DNA of 40,000 nt from Halobellus ruber (GCF_014212355.1 NZ_JACKXD010000001.1:231143-271142), one strand, 5' to 3'. Shown: positions 26,017-35,514, numbered from the stretch's first letter. Translations and numbers: made by a program. Notes: a model not told the origin generated them from the sequence alone.

Positions 26017-27261
26017 ATGAATCAGTCGTACGTAATCATCGGCGACGGCGTCGCGGGCAGCTCCGCCGCCGAAACCCTCCGGGAGGAGGAGCCCGACGCG
26101 GACATCACCGTCGTCACCGACGAGGGCGAAGCCCTCTACAACCGGATCCTGATCAAGGAGTTCGCAAAGGGGAAGCTCCCGGAGGCACCCATCTCGATCC
26201 ACGACGAGTCGTGGTACGCCGACCGCGACATCGACCTCGAACTCGACACCCTCGTCGTCGACGTCGACGTCGACGCTCACACCATCGAGACCCACGGGGG
26301 TGACGTCCACGAGTGGGACAAGCTGCTCGTGGCCGCCGGCGGCACCCCCACACAGTTGCCGGTCGAGAACTCCGACGCCGACGGCGTCCACCACTTCTGG
26401 ACGTTCGAGGACGCCCGGTCGATCAAATCCCACATCGAGGAAGCCGACTCGTCGGTCGTCGTCGGGGCCGGACTGTTGGGTATCGACCTCGCCGCGATCA
26501 CGGCCGCCCAGGACGTCGAGGGGAAATACCTGATGCGGGGGAACTGCTGGTGGCGCTACGCGCTGTCGGAGGAGGGCGCGGAGATCATCCACGACGCGCT
26601 CCGGGAACGCGACGTCGAGCCCGTCTTCCAGTCGGGCGTCGATCACTTCGAGGTCGACGACGACGGCACGGTCACCACCGCCGTCGACCCCAACGGCGAC
26701 GAGTACGACGCCGACTTCGTGGGGATCGCGATCGGGCTTGATTTCAACACCGAGATCCTCCAGGACACACCCATCGAGTGCGACAACGGGATCGTCGTCG
26801 ACGAGTACATGCGGACGAACCACGACGACATCTTCGCCGCGGGCGACATCACGCAGTTCAACGACCTCATCCTCGGGGAGCGCGGCCAGAACGGCGCGTG
26901 GGGTTCCGCGAAGGAGCAGGGGTCGATCGCCGCACGGAACATGGTCGATTACGGCGCCGAGCCCTTCGAGTGGGTCTCCTCGTATTCGATCACACACTTC
27001 GACTTCCCGTTTCTCTCCTTCGGCCACCCCACGCTGGGCGACGACGAGGCCGAGGCGAAGTACTCCGATTCTGAGTGGCGGCGGCTGGCGTTCAAGGACG
27101 GCCGGATCGTCGGCGGCGTCCTGATCGGCGACCTCTCGCCGCAGACCAAGTACAAACAGCTGATGCGCGAGCGGCGCCGGGTCGCGGATCAGAAGGACGT
27201 ACTGATGGAACAGACCTTCGAGCTCGACGACCTCGACGCCCCGGAGACCGCGGTGGAGTAG
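26017..27261 (+). CDS. NAD(P)/FAD-dependent pyridine nucleotide-disulfide-family oxidoreductase
   Basis: 414-aa ORF with ATG at 26017. It has the FAD-binding YVIIGDGVAGSSAAE, a second dinucleotide fold VVVGAGLLGIDLA, and AAGDI. Confidence 0.8.
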   Translation: MNQSYVIIGDGVAGSSAAETLREEEPDADITVVTDEGEALYNRILIKEFAKGKLPEAPISIHDESWYADRDIDLELDTLVVDVDVDAHTIETHGGDVHEWDKLLVAAGGTPTQLPVENSDADGVHHFWTFEDARSIKSHIEEADSSVVVGAGLLGIDLAAITAAQDVEGKYLMRGNCWWRYALSEEGAEIIHDALRERDVEPVFQSGVDHFEVDDDGTVTTAVDPNGDEYDADFVGIAIGLDFNTEILQDTPIECDNGIVVDEYMRTNHDDIFAAGDITQFNDLILGERGQNGAWGSAKEQGSIAARNMVDYGAEPFEWVSSYSITHFDFPFLSFGHPTLGDDEAEAKYSDSEWRRLAFKDGRIVGGVLIGDLSPQTKYKQLMRERRRVADQKDVLMEQTFELDDLDAPETAVE

Positions 27262-27360
27262 CCGCTTCCGTTCCGCCCTGCTTTTCCCGTCCGGCACGTC
27301 GCGGCGGGCGACGCCGCCGGAGACCGATGCTGTTTTCGCCCGGAGCCCGTACTGACGGGT

Positions 27361-27804
27361 ATGAGCAACGACGCTTCGTCGGGCGGCGGCCCGGGCGGCG
27401 GCGACGCCGACATGACCCTGGCGTTCGAGCTAGAGGCGCTGCGGAACCTCGCGGATCCCAACGCGGTGTTCAACGACGCCCGACAGTGGACCGAGTACGT
27501 CGGCGTCGTGAGCGAAAAGCCCACCTACGTCGTGACCAACTTCACCCGGAAACACCGGATCCGACAGGACTTCTTCTCCGGGCCCCGGGGAGTGATCGAG
27601 AGCTTAGAGAACGTGCGCGAGCAGTTCGACACCGAGCGTCACGTTCTGGTCGGGACCGCAGACGACGATGCCGCGGCCGCCGACGCCGCGGGCTGGGAGT
27701 ACCTTCCCTTCGAGCAGGCGGCCGACGCCGCGGGCTGGACGATCGCTGGCGACGACGACTCCGAGGATCCCTTCGAGTCCAGCGACCGCGACGACTGGCC
27801 CTGA
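27361..27804 (+). CDS. conserved acidic hypothetical protein (147 aa)
   Basis: ATG at 27361. The composition is haloarchaeal-type acidic. I recognise no catalytic motif. Confidence 0.6.
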   Translation: MSNDASSGGGPGGGDADMTLAFELEALRNLADPNAVFNDARQWTEYVGVVSEKPTYVVTNFTRKHRIRQDFFSGPRGVIESLENVREQFDTERHVLVGTADDDAAAADAAGWEYLPFEQAADAAGWTIAGDDDSEDPFESSDRDDWP

Positions 27805-27883
27805 TACTGTCGGCGATAGTCCCGTGACGGATTTCGACACCCCGGGGTGTCGAAAATCTTCACGTAGTTATAGCCGACAGTAT
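27804..27883. repeat. 80-bp nested imperfect palindrome (32 of 40 positions symmetric)
   Basis: The outer arms ATACTGTCGGC (27804-27814) and GCCGACAGTAT (27873-27883) are perfect. The central 24-bp palindrome TTTCGACACCCCGGGGTGTCGAAA (27832-27855) is also perfect. The structure starts at the last base of the upstream stop codon. Confidence 0.9.
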
Positions 27884-28079
27884 GAGCCGCCGGGACCCGG
27901 CTGTCCGCGTCCGGGCGCCGCGGCCGCCCCCCGAGCCGGGCGCTGCGTTCCGACTACCGGTGCCGTGTTCCGATTCCGGGCACCGCGTTCCGCCGCGATA
28001 CCGGCATACGACACCGGGTTTGCGGCTCCTCCGCGCACTAACGAAAGCGTTAATCGAACCCGGTCCCTCGCGTTTCACG

Positions 28080-29012
28080 ATGAGCCACCAGCTGCCTGAC
28101 GTACAGGCGAGTCAACCCGATATCACTGTCGGGTTGAGTCAGGTCGGCGTCACGAACGTCGACAAACTCGTCAAGATCGCTCGGGACGACAAACGGCCGT
28201 TCGTCCTGATGGCGGAGTTCGAGGTCTTTGTCGACCTTCCGGGCGGTCGGAAGGGAATCGATATGAGCCGGAACATGCAGGTCATCGACGAGATCCTCGA
28301 GGACGCGGTCTCGGAGCCGACCTACCGGGTCGAGGATATGTGCGGCGACGTCGCCGAACGACTCCTCGAGAAACACGACTACACCTCGACCGCGGAGGTT
28401 CGGATGACGGCCGACTTCGTCGTTCGCGAGGACACCCCCGCAAGCGAACTGCCGACCCAGAGCACGATCACCATCGTCGCCAGCGCGACGGCCACCGAGG
28501 AGGGAACCCGTGAGGAGATCGGCGCGGAGGTCGTCGGGATGACCGTCTGTCCCTGCTCGCAGGGGATGTCGGCCTCCCGCGCCCGCGACGTCCTCCGGGA
28601 CCTCGACATCGACGGCGAAACCATCGACGAGTTCCTCGAACAGGTCCCACAGCCCGGCCACTCCCAGCGGGGCCACGCCACGCTGACGGTCACCGCCGAC
28701 GGCTCCCCCGAGGTCGACCTCATGAACCTCGTCGAGATCGCACGCGACTCGATGTCCGCGCGGATCTACAACCTCGCGAAACGCCCCGACGAGGATTATA
28801 TGACGTATCACGCGCACGCGGATGCGAAGTTCGTCGAGGACTGCGTCCGGTCGATGGCCGAACAGGTCGTCGACGAGTTCGACCACCTTCCCGACGACGC
28901 CGTCGTCCGGATGAAGCAGTCCAACGACGAGTCGATCCACCAGCACAACGCCCACGCCGAGCGGGAAGTCACCGTCGGCCGGCTCCGGGCCGAACTCGAC
29001 GGCCAGTTCTGA
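28080..29012 (+). CDS. mptA: GTP cyclohydrolase MptA (GTP cyclohydrolase IV, FolE2 family)
   Basis: ORF 27882..29012(+). Start taken at ATG 28080 ([26 protein letters not shown]...). It shows the family pattern GIDMSRN and [10 protein letters not shown]. Confidence 0.85.
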   Translation: MSHQLPDVQASQPDITVGLSQVGVTNVDKLVKIARDDKRPFVLMAEFEVFVDLPGGRKGIDMSRNMQVIDEILEDAVSEPTYRVEDMCGDVAERLLEKHDYTSTAEVRMTADFVVREDTPASELPTQSTITIVASATATEEGTREEIGAEVVGMTVCPCSQGMSASRARDVLRDLDIDGETIDEFLEQVPQPGHSQRGHATLTVTADGSPEVDLMNLVEIARDSMSARIYNLAKRPDEDYMTYHAHADAKFVEDCVRSMAEQVVDEFDHLPDDAVVRMKQSNDESIHQHNAHAEREVTVGRLRAELDGQF

Positions 29013-29023
29013 CCTGCGGGGGG

Positions 29024-29857
29024 TTACCCGCGCGAGTCATCCTCGGCCAGCGCCGTGAGCGGGAGCGGGTCGGCCGCCTCCCACTTCGGGTCGAACATCC
29101 CGCGGACGTTCGCGGCGAACTCGGGATCCTTCAGGTCGATCACGGCGAAGGCCTCGCCCGGATCCAGCGGGTTCGGAACCTCGATACACACCTCGGCGTC
29201 GTCGATCAGCTCGAAGGTTCCCGACAGCTCCGGCGCCGTCCGGGCGGTGAAGGCGTCGTGATCCGCCAGCCGCTCGGTGTACCGACCGCCGATCCCGGCC
29301 GGCAGCGACGCGACCAGATCCGGCTCCATCAGAAGCGACACGTCGACCCCGCGGTCGACCGCCGCTTCCAGCTCCGCGGCGACCCGCTCGCCGACCGTCC
29401 CGAAGTCGAACTGCGGCGACACCCCTCCGGCAACGACCACGAGCGACCGCTCGGCGGCCGCGAGCCGTTCGACGAGGAGGTCCACCGAGGCCTCCGTTCC
29501 GACCGCCGCAGTCCAGAACTGCCCGTCGATCGGGGCGGTCGCCTCCAGGTCGGCGGTCAGTTCCTCGACTGCGGCCTCGTACTGGTCGATCCTGGCTTCG
29601 AGTTCCTCACGTTTGCTCTCCAGGAGCCGCTCTAAGCCGGTGTCGGGCTCGACGGCCGCGTACTTCTTGGGCCGCCCGGCGGTCTGGCTCCGCACCAAAC
29701 TACACTGTTCCAGCCCGTTCAACACGTCGTAGATCCGGCCCATCGGCACGTCGCTCGCCTGTGACAACTCCTTTGCGGTTGTCGGTCCCGTCCGGAGCAG
29801 CGACCGGTACGCTCGTGCTTCGTACTCCGAGAGCCCGAGATCCCTGAGGTCGGTCAT
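29024..29857 (-). CDS. TrmB-family transcriptional regulator
   Basis: ORF 29024..29890(-). Start taken at ATG 29855-29857. The N-terminal wHTH is LGLSEYEARAYRSLLRTGPTTAKELSQASDVPMGRIYDVLNGLE. Confidence 0.8.
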   Translation of the reverse strand: MTDLRDLGLSEYEARAYRSLLRTGPTTAKELSQASDVPMGRIYDVLNGLEQCSLVRSQTAGRPKKYAAVEPDTGLERLLESKREELEARIDQYEAAVEELTADLEATAPIDGQFWTAAVGTEASVDLLVERLAAAERSLVVVAGGVSPQFDFGTVGERVAAELEAAVDRGVDVSLLMEPDLVASLPAGIGGRYTERLADHDAFTARTAPELSGTFELIDDAEVCIEVPNPLDPGEAFAVIDLKDPEFAANVRGMFDPKWEAADPLPLTALAEDDSRG

Positions 29858-29881
29858 ACGCGTCCCTCCGTCGCCGCGGAC

Positions 29882-29887
29882 AAAAAA
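29882..29887 (-). terminator. T6 tract (minus strand), about 39 nt after the stop of the thioredoxin-domain gene
   Basis: The plus strand reads caaaaaacac. Oligo-T tracts are the usual archaeal termination signal. Confidence 0.3.
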
Positions 29888-29925
29888 CACACCGTCAGTT
29901 TACCGGACGTGCAGGCCGGGCGGTG

Positions 29926-31599
29926 TCACCCCGCGGCGCGCCCGCCGTCGGTGAGTGCCGCGACGGCGTCGAGGAGGTCCTCCGGGGTCGTCGCGTCGCG
30001 GCGGTCGGTCCCGCGGCGGACGGTCGCGACCCCCTCGGGCGGGTCGGGAGCGGCGGGGACGACGACGGCCTCGTGGTCGGCCACGCGAAGTCCAGCCCGG
30101 TGGAGGTCGCTCCCCGGATCGTCGCCGACCGCGATCACGAGATCCGGGCGGGAAAGCCGCGACGCCACCGAACCGTAGCCCGCGACCTGGACGCCGAACC
30201 GCTCGTAGGCTCCGGCGAAGGCGGCGACCGCGTCGCGGGCGGCGTCGGCGTAGTCGTCGCTTCCCCCTCCGTCGGCGTCGCCCACGACATCGACCAGTGC
30301 GGCGAGATCCAACAGTGCCTCCGCCATCTCGACGTTGCCGTCGAGCGGCCTGAGCGGCTCCGAGAGGAGGCCGACCCCCGCCGCCGGGCCGTCGCGGAAC
30401 GCGCCCGCCGGCTCCCGGAGCGTCGCTATCGCCTCGTCGGCGACGGCCCGCGCGACGCCGACGAGATCGACCGCCAGGGCGTCGGGGCCGAGCACCCGCC
30501 GGGCGGCCGCGAACGCGGCGACGACCCGGGCGTGGTCCGAAAGCAGCCCCTCGGGGGGGTCCGCTCCGCCGTCCCCGACGTCGTCGGGGGCGATGTGCGA
30601 CACGACGCCGTCGCGGACGAACGACTCCGCGAGGGCCCCGAGGACCCGCTCGGCGTACTCCCGGGATGCGGCGTCGTCGGTGTAGGCGGCGACCGCGAGC
30701 AGCGCCTCGGCGGCCGACGCGTTCCCCCCGGCGTAGCCCGTGAGGTCGCGGCGGGGGGCGCGCCCGTCGCCGCCGGGCGGTGCGACGCTCCCCCCGAAGG
30801 CGGTCCCGTTCCAGAGCCGGTCGATCAGGAACTCCCGGGTGCCGGTCACGGGGTCCAGCAGCGCTTCCTCGCCGGTGTAGAGGTAGCCGTTGGCGAACGC
30901 ACGGATCAGGGCGGCGTTGTCCGTGAGGAGCTTCTCTCGTCGGGGGTCCGACCAGTCACGCCCCCCGGCGTACCGGAAGAACCCGCCGTCGTCGGCGTCG
31001 TACAGGGCCTCGGCGACCGCCCGGAGCGTCTGAACGGCCTTCTGACGGTCCCGCTTCAGCGCGAACTCCACGGTCCGCGGGAGGGGGAACTTCGCGTCGT
31101 CGCCCCACCCGCCGAACCGCTCGTCCCACTGCTCGTCGAGTTGCCCCGCGAGGTGGGACTCGATGCGTTCGTCGACGGCCCCGCCGGGGGTCGGGTCGCC
31201 GGCGAGCGCGCGCGGGACGCGGCCGGCGTCGTCGCCGCGGTCGGCCCACACCTCGCGGACGGAACCGAGCACCTGGCGCATCCCGTCGGGGCCGAGGTAG
31301 CCCGCTCCGGTGATCACGTCGCCGCCGGGCGTACAGAAGACCGTCGAGGGAAACCCGCCCATATTGTACCGCTCGCGGACCCGGGGGCGACGGTCGACGT
31401 CGACCCTGACTGGGACGAACCCGTCGTTGACGTTGGCCGCGATCCGCGGCTCGGCGTAGGTTTCGGCGTCCATCTCGTGACAGCTGTCACACCAGGTGGC
31501 GGTCAGCGAGAGCAACACGGCCCTGTCGGCCGCACGCGCCTCCTCGAAGGGGGCCGGCCCCCACTCGCGCCACTCGACGTGCGTCCGGTCCGCGGTCAT
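29926..31599 (-). CDS. thioredoxin-domain protein of the DUF255/YyaL (COG1331) type
   Basis: ORF 29926..31677(-). Start taken at ATG 31597-31599 (MTADRTHVEWREWGPAPFEEARAADRAVLLSLTATWCDSCHEMD...). This is a thioredoxin-like N-terminal domain followed by a long alpha-helical region. Confidence 0.75.
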   Translation of the reverse strand: MTADRTHVEWREWGPAPFEEARAADRAVLLSLTATWCDSCHEMDAETYAEPRIAANVNDGFVPVRVDVDRRPRVRERYNMGGFPSTVFCTPGGDVITGAGYLGPDGMRQVLGSVREVWADRGDDAGRVPRALAGDPTPGGAVDERIESHLAGQLDEQWDERFGGWGDDAKFPLPRTVEFALKRDRQKAVQTLRAVAEALYDADDGGFFRYAGGRDWSDPRREKLLTDNAALIRAFANGYLYTGEEALLDPVTGTREFLIDRLWNGTAFGGSVAPPGGDGRAPRRDLTGYAGGNASAAEALLAVAAYTDDAASREYAERVLGALAESFVRDGVVSHIAPDDVGDGGADPPEGLLSDHARVVAAFAAARRVLGPDALAVDLVGVARAVADEAIATLREPAGAFRDGPAAGVGLLSEPLRPLDGNVEMAEALLDLAALVDVVGDADGGGSDDYADAARDAVAAFAGAYERFGVQVAGYGSVASRLSRPDLVIAVGDDPGSDLHRAGLRVADHEAVVVPAAPDPPEGVATVRRGTDRRDATTPEDLLDAVAALTDGGRAAG

Positions 31600-31708
31600 A
31601 CCCGGGTTCGGGTTCGGGTGCGGGTAAGGGCTTCGAGACCCCGTGTTCGCCGGGGAGGCGCCCCGGCGGCGACACAAGGGCTATGAACGACGCCCGCAAA
31701 GCCGAGGT

Positions 31709-32200
31709 ATGCGCACACGCTGGGTCATCGCTGCCCTGTTGGCGATCCCCCTCGCCGACACGCTGCTTTTGCTCCCGGTCGCGGGCGCTATCGGGTTCGT
31801 CCCGACCGTGCTGCTCGTGGTGCTCACCGGCCTCGTCGGGATGCTCCTGGTCCGTGCGGAGGGCCGCCACACCCTCGGGAAGCTCCGGCGGAAGGCCGCC
31901 ACGGGGGAGGTGCCCACGAACGAACTCCTCGACGGCGGGCTGTTGATCGCGGCGGGGGCGTTCCTCCTGACGCCGGGGATCGTCACCGACGCCATCGGCT
32001 TCGCCCTGGCGATCCCGGTGACCCGGTATCCGCTCCGTGAACTCCTGAAACGGTACGTGGTGACGCCGTACCTCGACCGGGCGACCGGCGGGTTCGTCTC
32101 CGGCAACGTCTGGGTCGGCGGGTTCCCCGACGACGGCGACGACGACGTGGTGAACCTCGACCCCGAGGAGTACGGCCGGTCCGGCGACGACGGGCCCTGA
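31709..32200 (+). CDS. fxsA: FxsA-family membrane protein
   Basis: ORF 31643..32200(+). Start taken at ATG 31709 (MRTRWVIAALLAIPLADTLLLLPVAGAIGF...LLTPGIVTDAIGFALAIP). This matches the FxsA pattern. Confidence 0.75.
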   Translation: MRTRWVIAALLAIPLADTLLLLPVAGAIGFVPTVLLVVLTGLVGMLLVRAEGRHTLGKLRRKAATGEVPTNELLDGGLLIAAGAFLLTPGIVTDAIGFALAIPVTRYPLRELLKRYVVTPYLDRATGGFVSGNVWVGGFPDDGDDDVVNLDPEEYGRSGDDGP

Positions 32201-32230
32201 CCGTGTCGGGGACGGCGTTGCTGAAAGGAA

Positions 32231-32240
32231 ACGCTTAAAC
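32231..32240 (+). promoter_or_regulatory. TATA-like element (CGCTTAAAC) upstream of tRNA-Ile
   Basis: This is the only AT-rich patch within 35-40 nt upstream of the tRNA 5' end. Confidence 0.3.
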
Positions 32241-32273
32241 TCGTCATCGAACTACCGATAGACGCGCTCACCT

Positions 32274-32347
32274 GGGCCAATAGCTCAGTCAGGTTGAGCG
32301 CTCGGCTGATAACCGGGAGGTCCGCGGTTCAAATCCGTGTTGGCCCA
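32274..32347 (+). tRNA. tRNA-Ile (anticodon GAU), 74 nt, no encoded CCA
   Basis: Acceptor stem GGGCCAA pairs with TTGGCCC. The D-arm is AGCTCAGTCAGGTTGAGC. The anticodon arm is CTCGG-CTGATAA-CCGGG. The T-arm is CCGCGGTTCAAATCCGTG. The discriminator is A at 32347. Confidence 0.9.
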
Positions 32348-32477
32348 CCTCCTTCACGGGCGGCCACTGGTCGTCCGTGGTTGGGGCCGAACTCCCCGGC
32401 CACCTAACTCCGTTCGGTCGTAGTTCCGGAGAGGTATCCTTGTGGGCGGCTTCTACCGAAGCCACTGGGGCGTCCGC

Positions 32478-32774
32478 TCACGTCCAGTCGGCCGGCAACT
32501 CGTCCTCGTGGTCGGTCAGCAGTTCCAGCAGCGGCTGGATGTCGTCGAACTTCGGTCCCGCGGTCACTTCGTCGGTCTCCCTGTTCCAGTCGATGAACCC
32601 GTAGGCGGCCAGCTTCGGGAGGTGGGCGTGCTGCATCGCCAGGACGTCCACGTCGGGATCGGCGTCGGCGACCACGATCGTCGGATCGTCCTCCGGCTGA
32701 CGCTCCAGCAGCGACATCAGAAGCTCCCGTCGCCGCTCGGCGGCCAGCGCGTCCATCATCTCGTCGAGCGACAC
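32478..32774 (-). CDS. small HTH/wHTH DNA-binding protein (haloarchaeal HLPKL-motif family), 98 aa
   Basis: ORF 32478..32873(-). Start proposed at GTG 32772-32774 (VSLDEMMDALAAERRRELLMSLL...HLPKLAAYGFIDWNRETDEVTAGPKFDDIQPLLELL), because a TATA box lies about 29 nt upstream. Confidence 0.65.
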   Translation of the reverse strand: MSLDEMMDALAAERRRELLMSLLERQPEDDPTIVVADADPDVDVLAMQHAHLPKLAAYGFIDWNRETDEVTAGPKFDDIQPLLELLTDHEDELPADWT

Positions 32775-32799
32775 TGTTGGAGTTGCCTCGTTCACACTA

Positions 32800-32807
32800 C
32801 TTATAGT
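32800..32807 (-). promoter_or_regulatory. TATA box (ACTATAAG on the minus strand) for a leaderless HTH gene
   Basis: It lies within a conspicuous AT-rich patch (32795-32825) in otherwise GC-rich DNA, centred about 29 nt upstream of GTG 32774. Confidence 0.4.
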
Positions 32808-32900
32808 TATGTTGATATTGACACTTCTTCCGGGCCGTCGCCACGGGTCCGCGTGTGGCGGTTCGGGGGGCATCGTGTCGTGTGCCCACCCGAGTCCGCG

Positions 32901-33290
32901 TCACTCGTCGACGACGGCGACGGCTTCGACCTCCACGAGGAGTTCCGGGCCGATCAACCGCTCCACCTCGACCATACTCGTCGCCGGCCGGACGTCACCG
33001 AAGTATTCGGCGTGTGCGTCGCCGACCGCCTCCCACGCGTCGATGTCGACGACGAACAGCCGGGTTCGGACGACATCCGAGGGCGACGCCCCCGCCTCGC
33101 CGAGCGCGTCCTCGACGTTCGAAAGCGCCTGCCGGGTCTGGGCAGCGGGGTCGCCCGCGCCGACGACCTCGCCGTCCTCGTCGGTCGCGGTCGTCCCGGA
33201 GACGTGGACCTGCGGGCCCGCCCGAACCGCCCGCGAGTAGCCGACGCGTGACTCCCACTCGGTGCCCGAAGAGACCCGCTGTCGTTCCAT
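32901..33290 (-). CDS. ridA: RidA/YjgF-family reactive-intermediate deaminase
   Basis: 129-aa ORF with ATG at 33288-33290. The sequence ...[46 protein letters not shown]...VEVEAVAVV follows the family pattern. Confidence 0.8.
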   Translation of the reverse strand: MERQRVSSGTEWESRVGYSRAVRAGPQVHVSGTTATDEDGEVVGAGDPAAQTRQALSNVEDALGEAGASPSDVVRTRLFVVDIDAWEAVGDAHAEYFGDVRPATSMVEVERLIGPELLVEVEAVAVVDE

Positions 33291-33342
33291 ACCGATCGGC
33301 GTCCCGCGGGTCGCAAAACCGTTTCGGGGGTGTCGCCGCAGC

Positions 33343-35424
33343 CTACCGCACCAGCGACCCGACCGGCGCGTCGCCGACCGTCGTCAGTAGATCCGCCTCC
33401 TCGCCGGCGGCGAGCACCATCCCGTTGCTCTCGACGCCGAACAGCTCCGTGGGTTCGAGGTTCGCCAGCACCACCACCCGGGTACCGGGCAAGTCGTCGA
33501 CGTCGTAGAACTGCTTGATGCCGGCGACGATCTGTCTGGTTTCGGTCCCGATGTCGATCTCCAAGCGGACTAAGTCGTCGGCGCCTTCGATCGGCTCGGC
33601 GGCCTCGACCGCCCCGACCCGCATCTCCAAGTCCTGGAAGGTCTCGAAGTCGATGCGGTCGCGCTCGGTCTCGTCGATGTCGGGCGCCTCGTCGGACTCA
33701 ACGTCCTCGTCTCCCGCACCGTCGTCCTCGGCGTCGTCTTCGTCCTCCTCGACCATCGCCTCCAACTCCGCGCTCAGGGGCTCGACCTCGTCGTCCTCGA
33801 TCTTGGTGAAGATCTCCTCGGGCGTGCCGAACTCCGCGGGCGGCGCCTCCAAGGCGGCGTCGATCCCGGCGTCGTGGACCGACCCATCCTCGCCGAGCTG
33901 ATCCCACACGCGCTCGGCGCCCTCGGGGGCAAAGGGCGCGAGCAGCACGGCGACCGCCTTCGAGAGCTGGACGCAGTCCCGGATGACGGCCGCCCCGGCG
34001 TCGGGGTCGTCGTCGACGAGCTTCCAGGGCTCCTTCGATTGGATGTACTGGTTGCCGAACCCCGAAAGCTCGTAGACGGCCGTCGCGGCGTCCTTCAGCG
34101 AGTAGTCGTTGATCGCCGCGGCGAAGTCGTCGATCGCGGCCTCGATCCGCTCGCGGACCTCGTCGCTCGTGGGCTCGTCTGCCAGTGGGGTCCCGTCGTA
34201 GTTCCGGTGGGCGAACAGCAGCGACCGGTAGACGAAGTTCCCGATGTTACCCACCAGTTCCTCGTTCGTCGTCCCCTGTAGGTCGCTCCACGTGAAGTTG
34301 ATGTCGCTCTGGAAGTTCCCCGCGGTGATGAAGTAATACCGGAGGAAGTCCGGCGAGAAGCCGGTGTCGAGGTACTCCTCGGCCCAGATCGCGCGGTTCC
34401 GGCTCGTGGAGAAGGCCTTCCCCTTCAGGTTCACGAACCCCGAGGCCATGATCGCCCGCGGTTCGTTGTACCCCGCCCCGCGGAGCATCGCGGGCCAGAA
34501 CACCGCGTGGTGCTGGATGATGTCCTGGCCGATGACGTGGATTATCTCGCCGTCGTCACGCCAGACGGACTCCCAGTCGTAGGCGTCGGCGCCGACCCGC
34601 CGGGTGTACTGCTTCGTCGAGGAGACGTACTCGATGGGGGCGTCGACCCAGACGTAGAGCACGAGCTCTTCCTCGCCCTCGCCGGGGTAGTCGATCCCCC
34701 AGTCCATATCCCGGGTGATACACAGGTCCTGGAGGTCGCCCTCGATCCACTGGCGCGGTTGGTTCTTGGCGTTCTCGGTCCCTTCCAGCCGGTCGATCCA
34801 CCCCTCGAGGTACTCCTGGAAGTCGGCGAGTCGGAGGAACTTGTGGCTCCGGGTGCGGTACTCCGCGGGGTTGCCGGTCAGGGTGCTGGTTGGCTCTTCG
34901 ATCTCGCCGGGTTCGAGGTGGCGCTGACACCCCTCGTCGCACTCGTCGCCGCGGGCGTGCTCCCCGCAGTACGGGCAGGTCCCCTCGACGTAGCGGTCCG
35001 GAAGCGGCTGGCCGGCCTCGGGGTCCCACGCCACCTTGATGTCCTTCTCGTGGACGTGGTCGTTGTCGATCCACTCGCGGACGAACTCCCGGGTGGTCTC
35101 GACGTTGGTCTCGTCGTGGGTGTGGCCGTAGTTGTCGAACTCGACGTCGAACCGCGGGAACGTGTCGGCGAACTCCTCGTGGTAGCGGTGGGCGAACGCC
35201 TCGGGGCTCTCGCCGTTCTCGTGGGCGTTGACCGCGATGGGCGTGCCGTGCATGTCCGAGCCGCAGACGAACGCGGTCCGTTGGCCGAGCGTGTCGAGCG
35301 CCCGGGAGAGGGCATCGCCGGAGAGCGTCGTTAACAGGTGGCCCAGGTGGAGACTCCCGTTGGCGTAAGGCAGCCCGCAGGTCACGACCGCCGGCCGCGA
35401 AGTGGGATATCGTTCGGTAGTCAC
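33343..35424 (-). CDS. metG: methionine--tRNA ligase with a C-terminal tRNA-binding domain
   Basis: 693-aa ORF with GTG at 35422-35424. It has the HIGH-type motif [11 protein letters not shown], the zinc knuckle [17 protein letters not shown], a KMSKS-equivalent KAFSTSR, and a C-terminal EMAPII/Trbp111-like domain. Confidence 0.9.
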   Translation of the reverse strand: MTTERYPTSRPAVVTCGLPYANGSLHLGHLLTTLSGDALSRALDTLGQRTAFVCGSDMHGTPIAVNAHENGESPEAFAHRYHEEFADTFPRFDVEFDNYGHTHDETNVETTREFVREWIDNDHVHEKDIKVAWDPEAGQPLPDRYVEGTCPYCGEHARGDECDEGCQRHLEPGEIEEPTSTLTGNPAEYRTRSHKFLRLADFQEYLEGWIDRLEGTENAKNQPRQWIEGDLQDLCITRDMDWGIDYPGEGEEELVLYVWVDAPIEYVSSTKQYTRRVGADAYDWESVWRDDGEIIHVIGQDIIQHHAVFWPAMLRGAGYNEPRAIMASGFVNLKGKAFSTSRNRAIWAEEYLDTGFSPDFLRYYFITAGNFQSDINFTWSDLQGTTNEELVGNIGNFVYRSLLFAHRNYDGTPLADEPTSDEVRERIEAAIDDFAAAINDYSLKDAATAVYELSGFGNQYIQSKEPWKLVDDDPDAGAAVIRDCVQLSKAVAVLLAPFAPEGAERVWDQLGEDGSVHDAGIDAALEAPPAEFGTPEEIFTKIEDDEVEPLSAELEAMVEEDEDDAEDDGAGDEDVESDEAPDIDETERDRIDFETFQDLEMRVGAVEAAEPIEGADDLVRLEIDIGTETRQIVAGIKQFYDVDDLPGTRVVVLANLEPTELFGVESNGMVLAAGEEADLLTTVGDAPVGSLVR

Positions 35425-35514
35425 ACCCGGAGCAAGTCGTCGGGGGAACGTAAAAACCCCGTTCCGCGGTCGAACGGCCGGCTCTCCGGGTCGCCCGCGG
35501 CTCGCCGCCGTCGA

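Noticed and set aside
25990-27297. Long antisense ORFs opposite the oxidoreductase, mptA, the thioredoxin-domain gene, fxsA and carB (25990..27297-, 28050..28955-, 29923..31686+, 31681..32280-, 38590..39978-)
   Set aside because: The reasoning is the same. They are mirror-frame artefacts of well-supported genes, with low-complexity R/G/P/D composition and no recognisable motifs.
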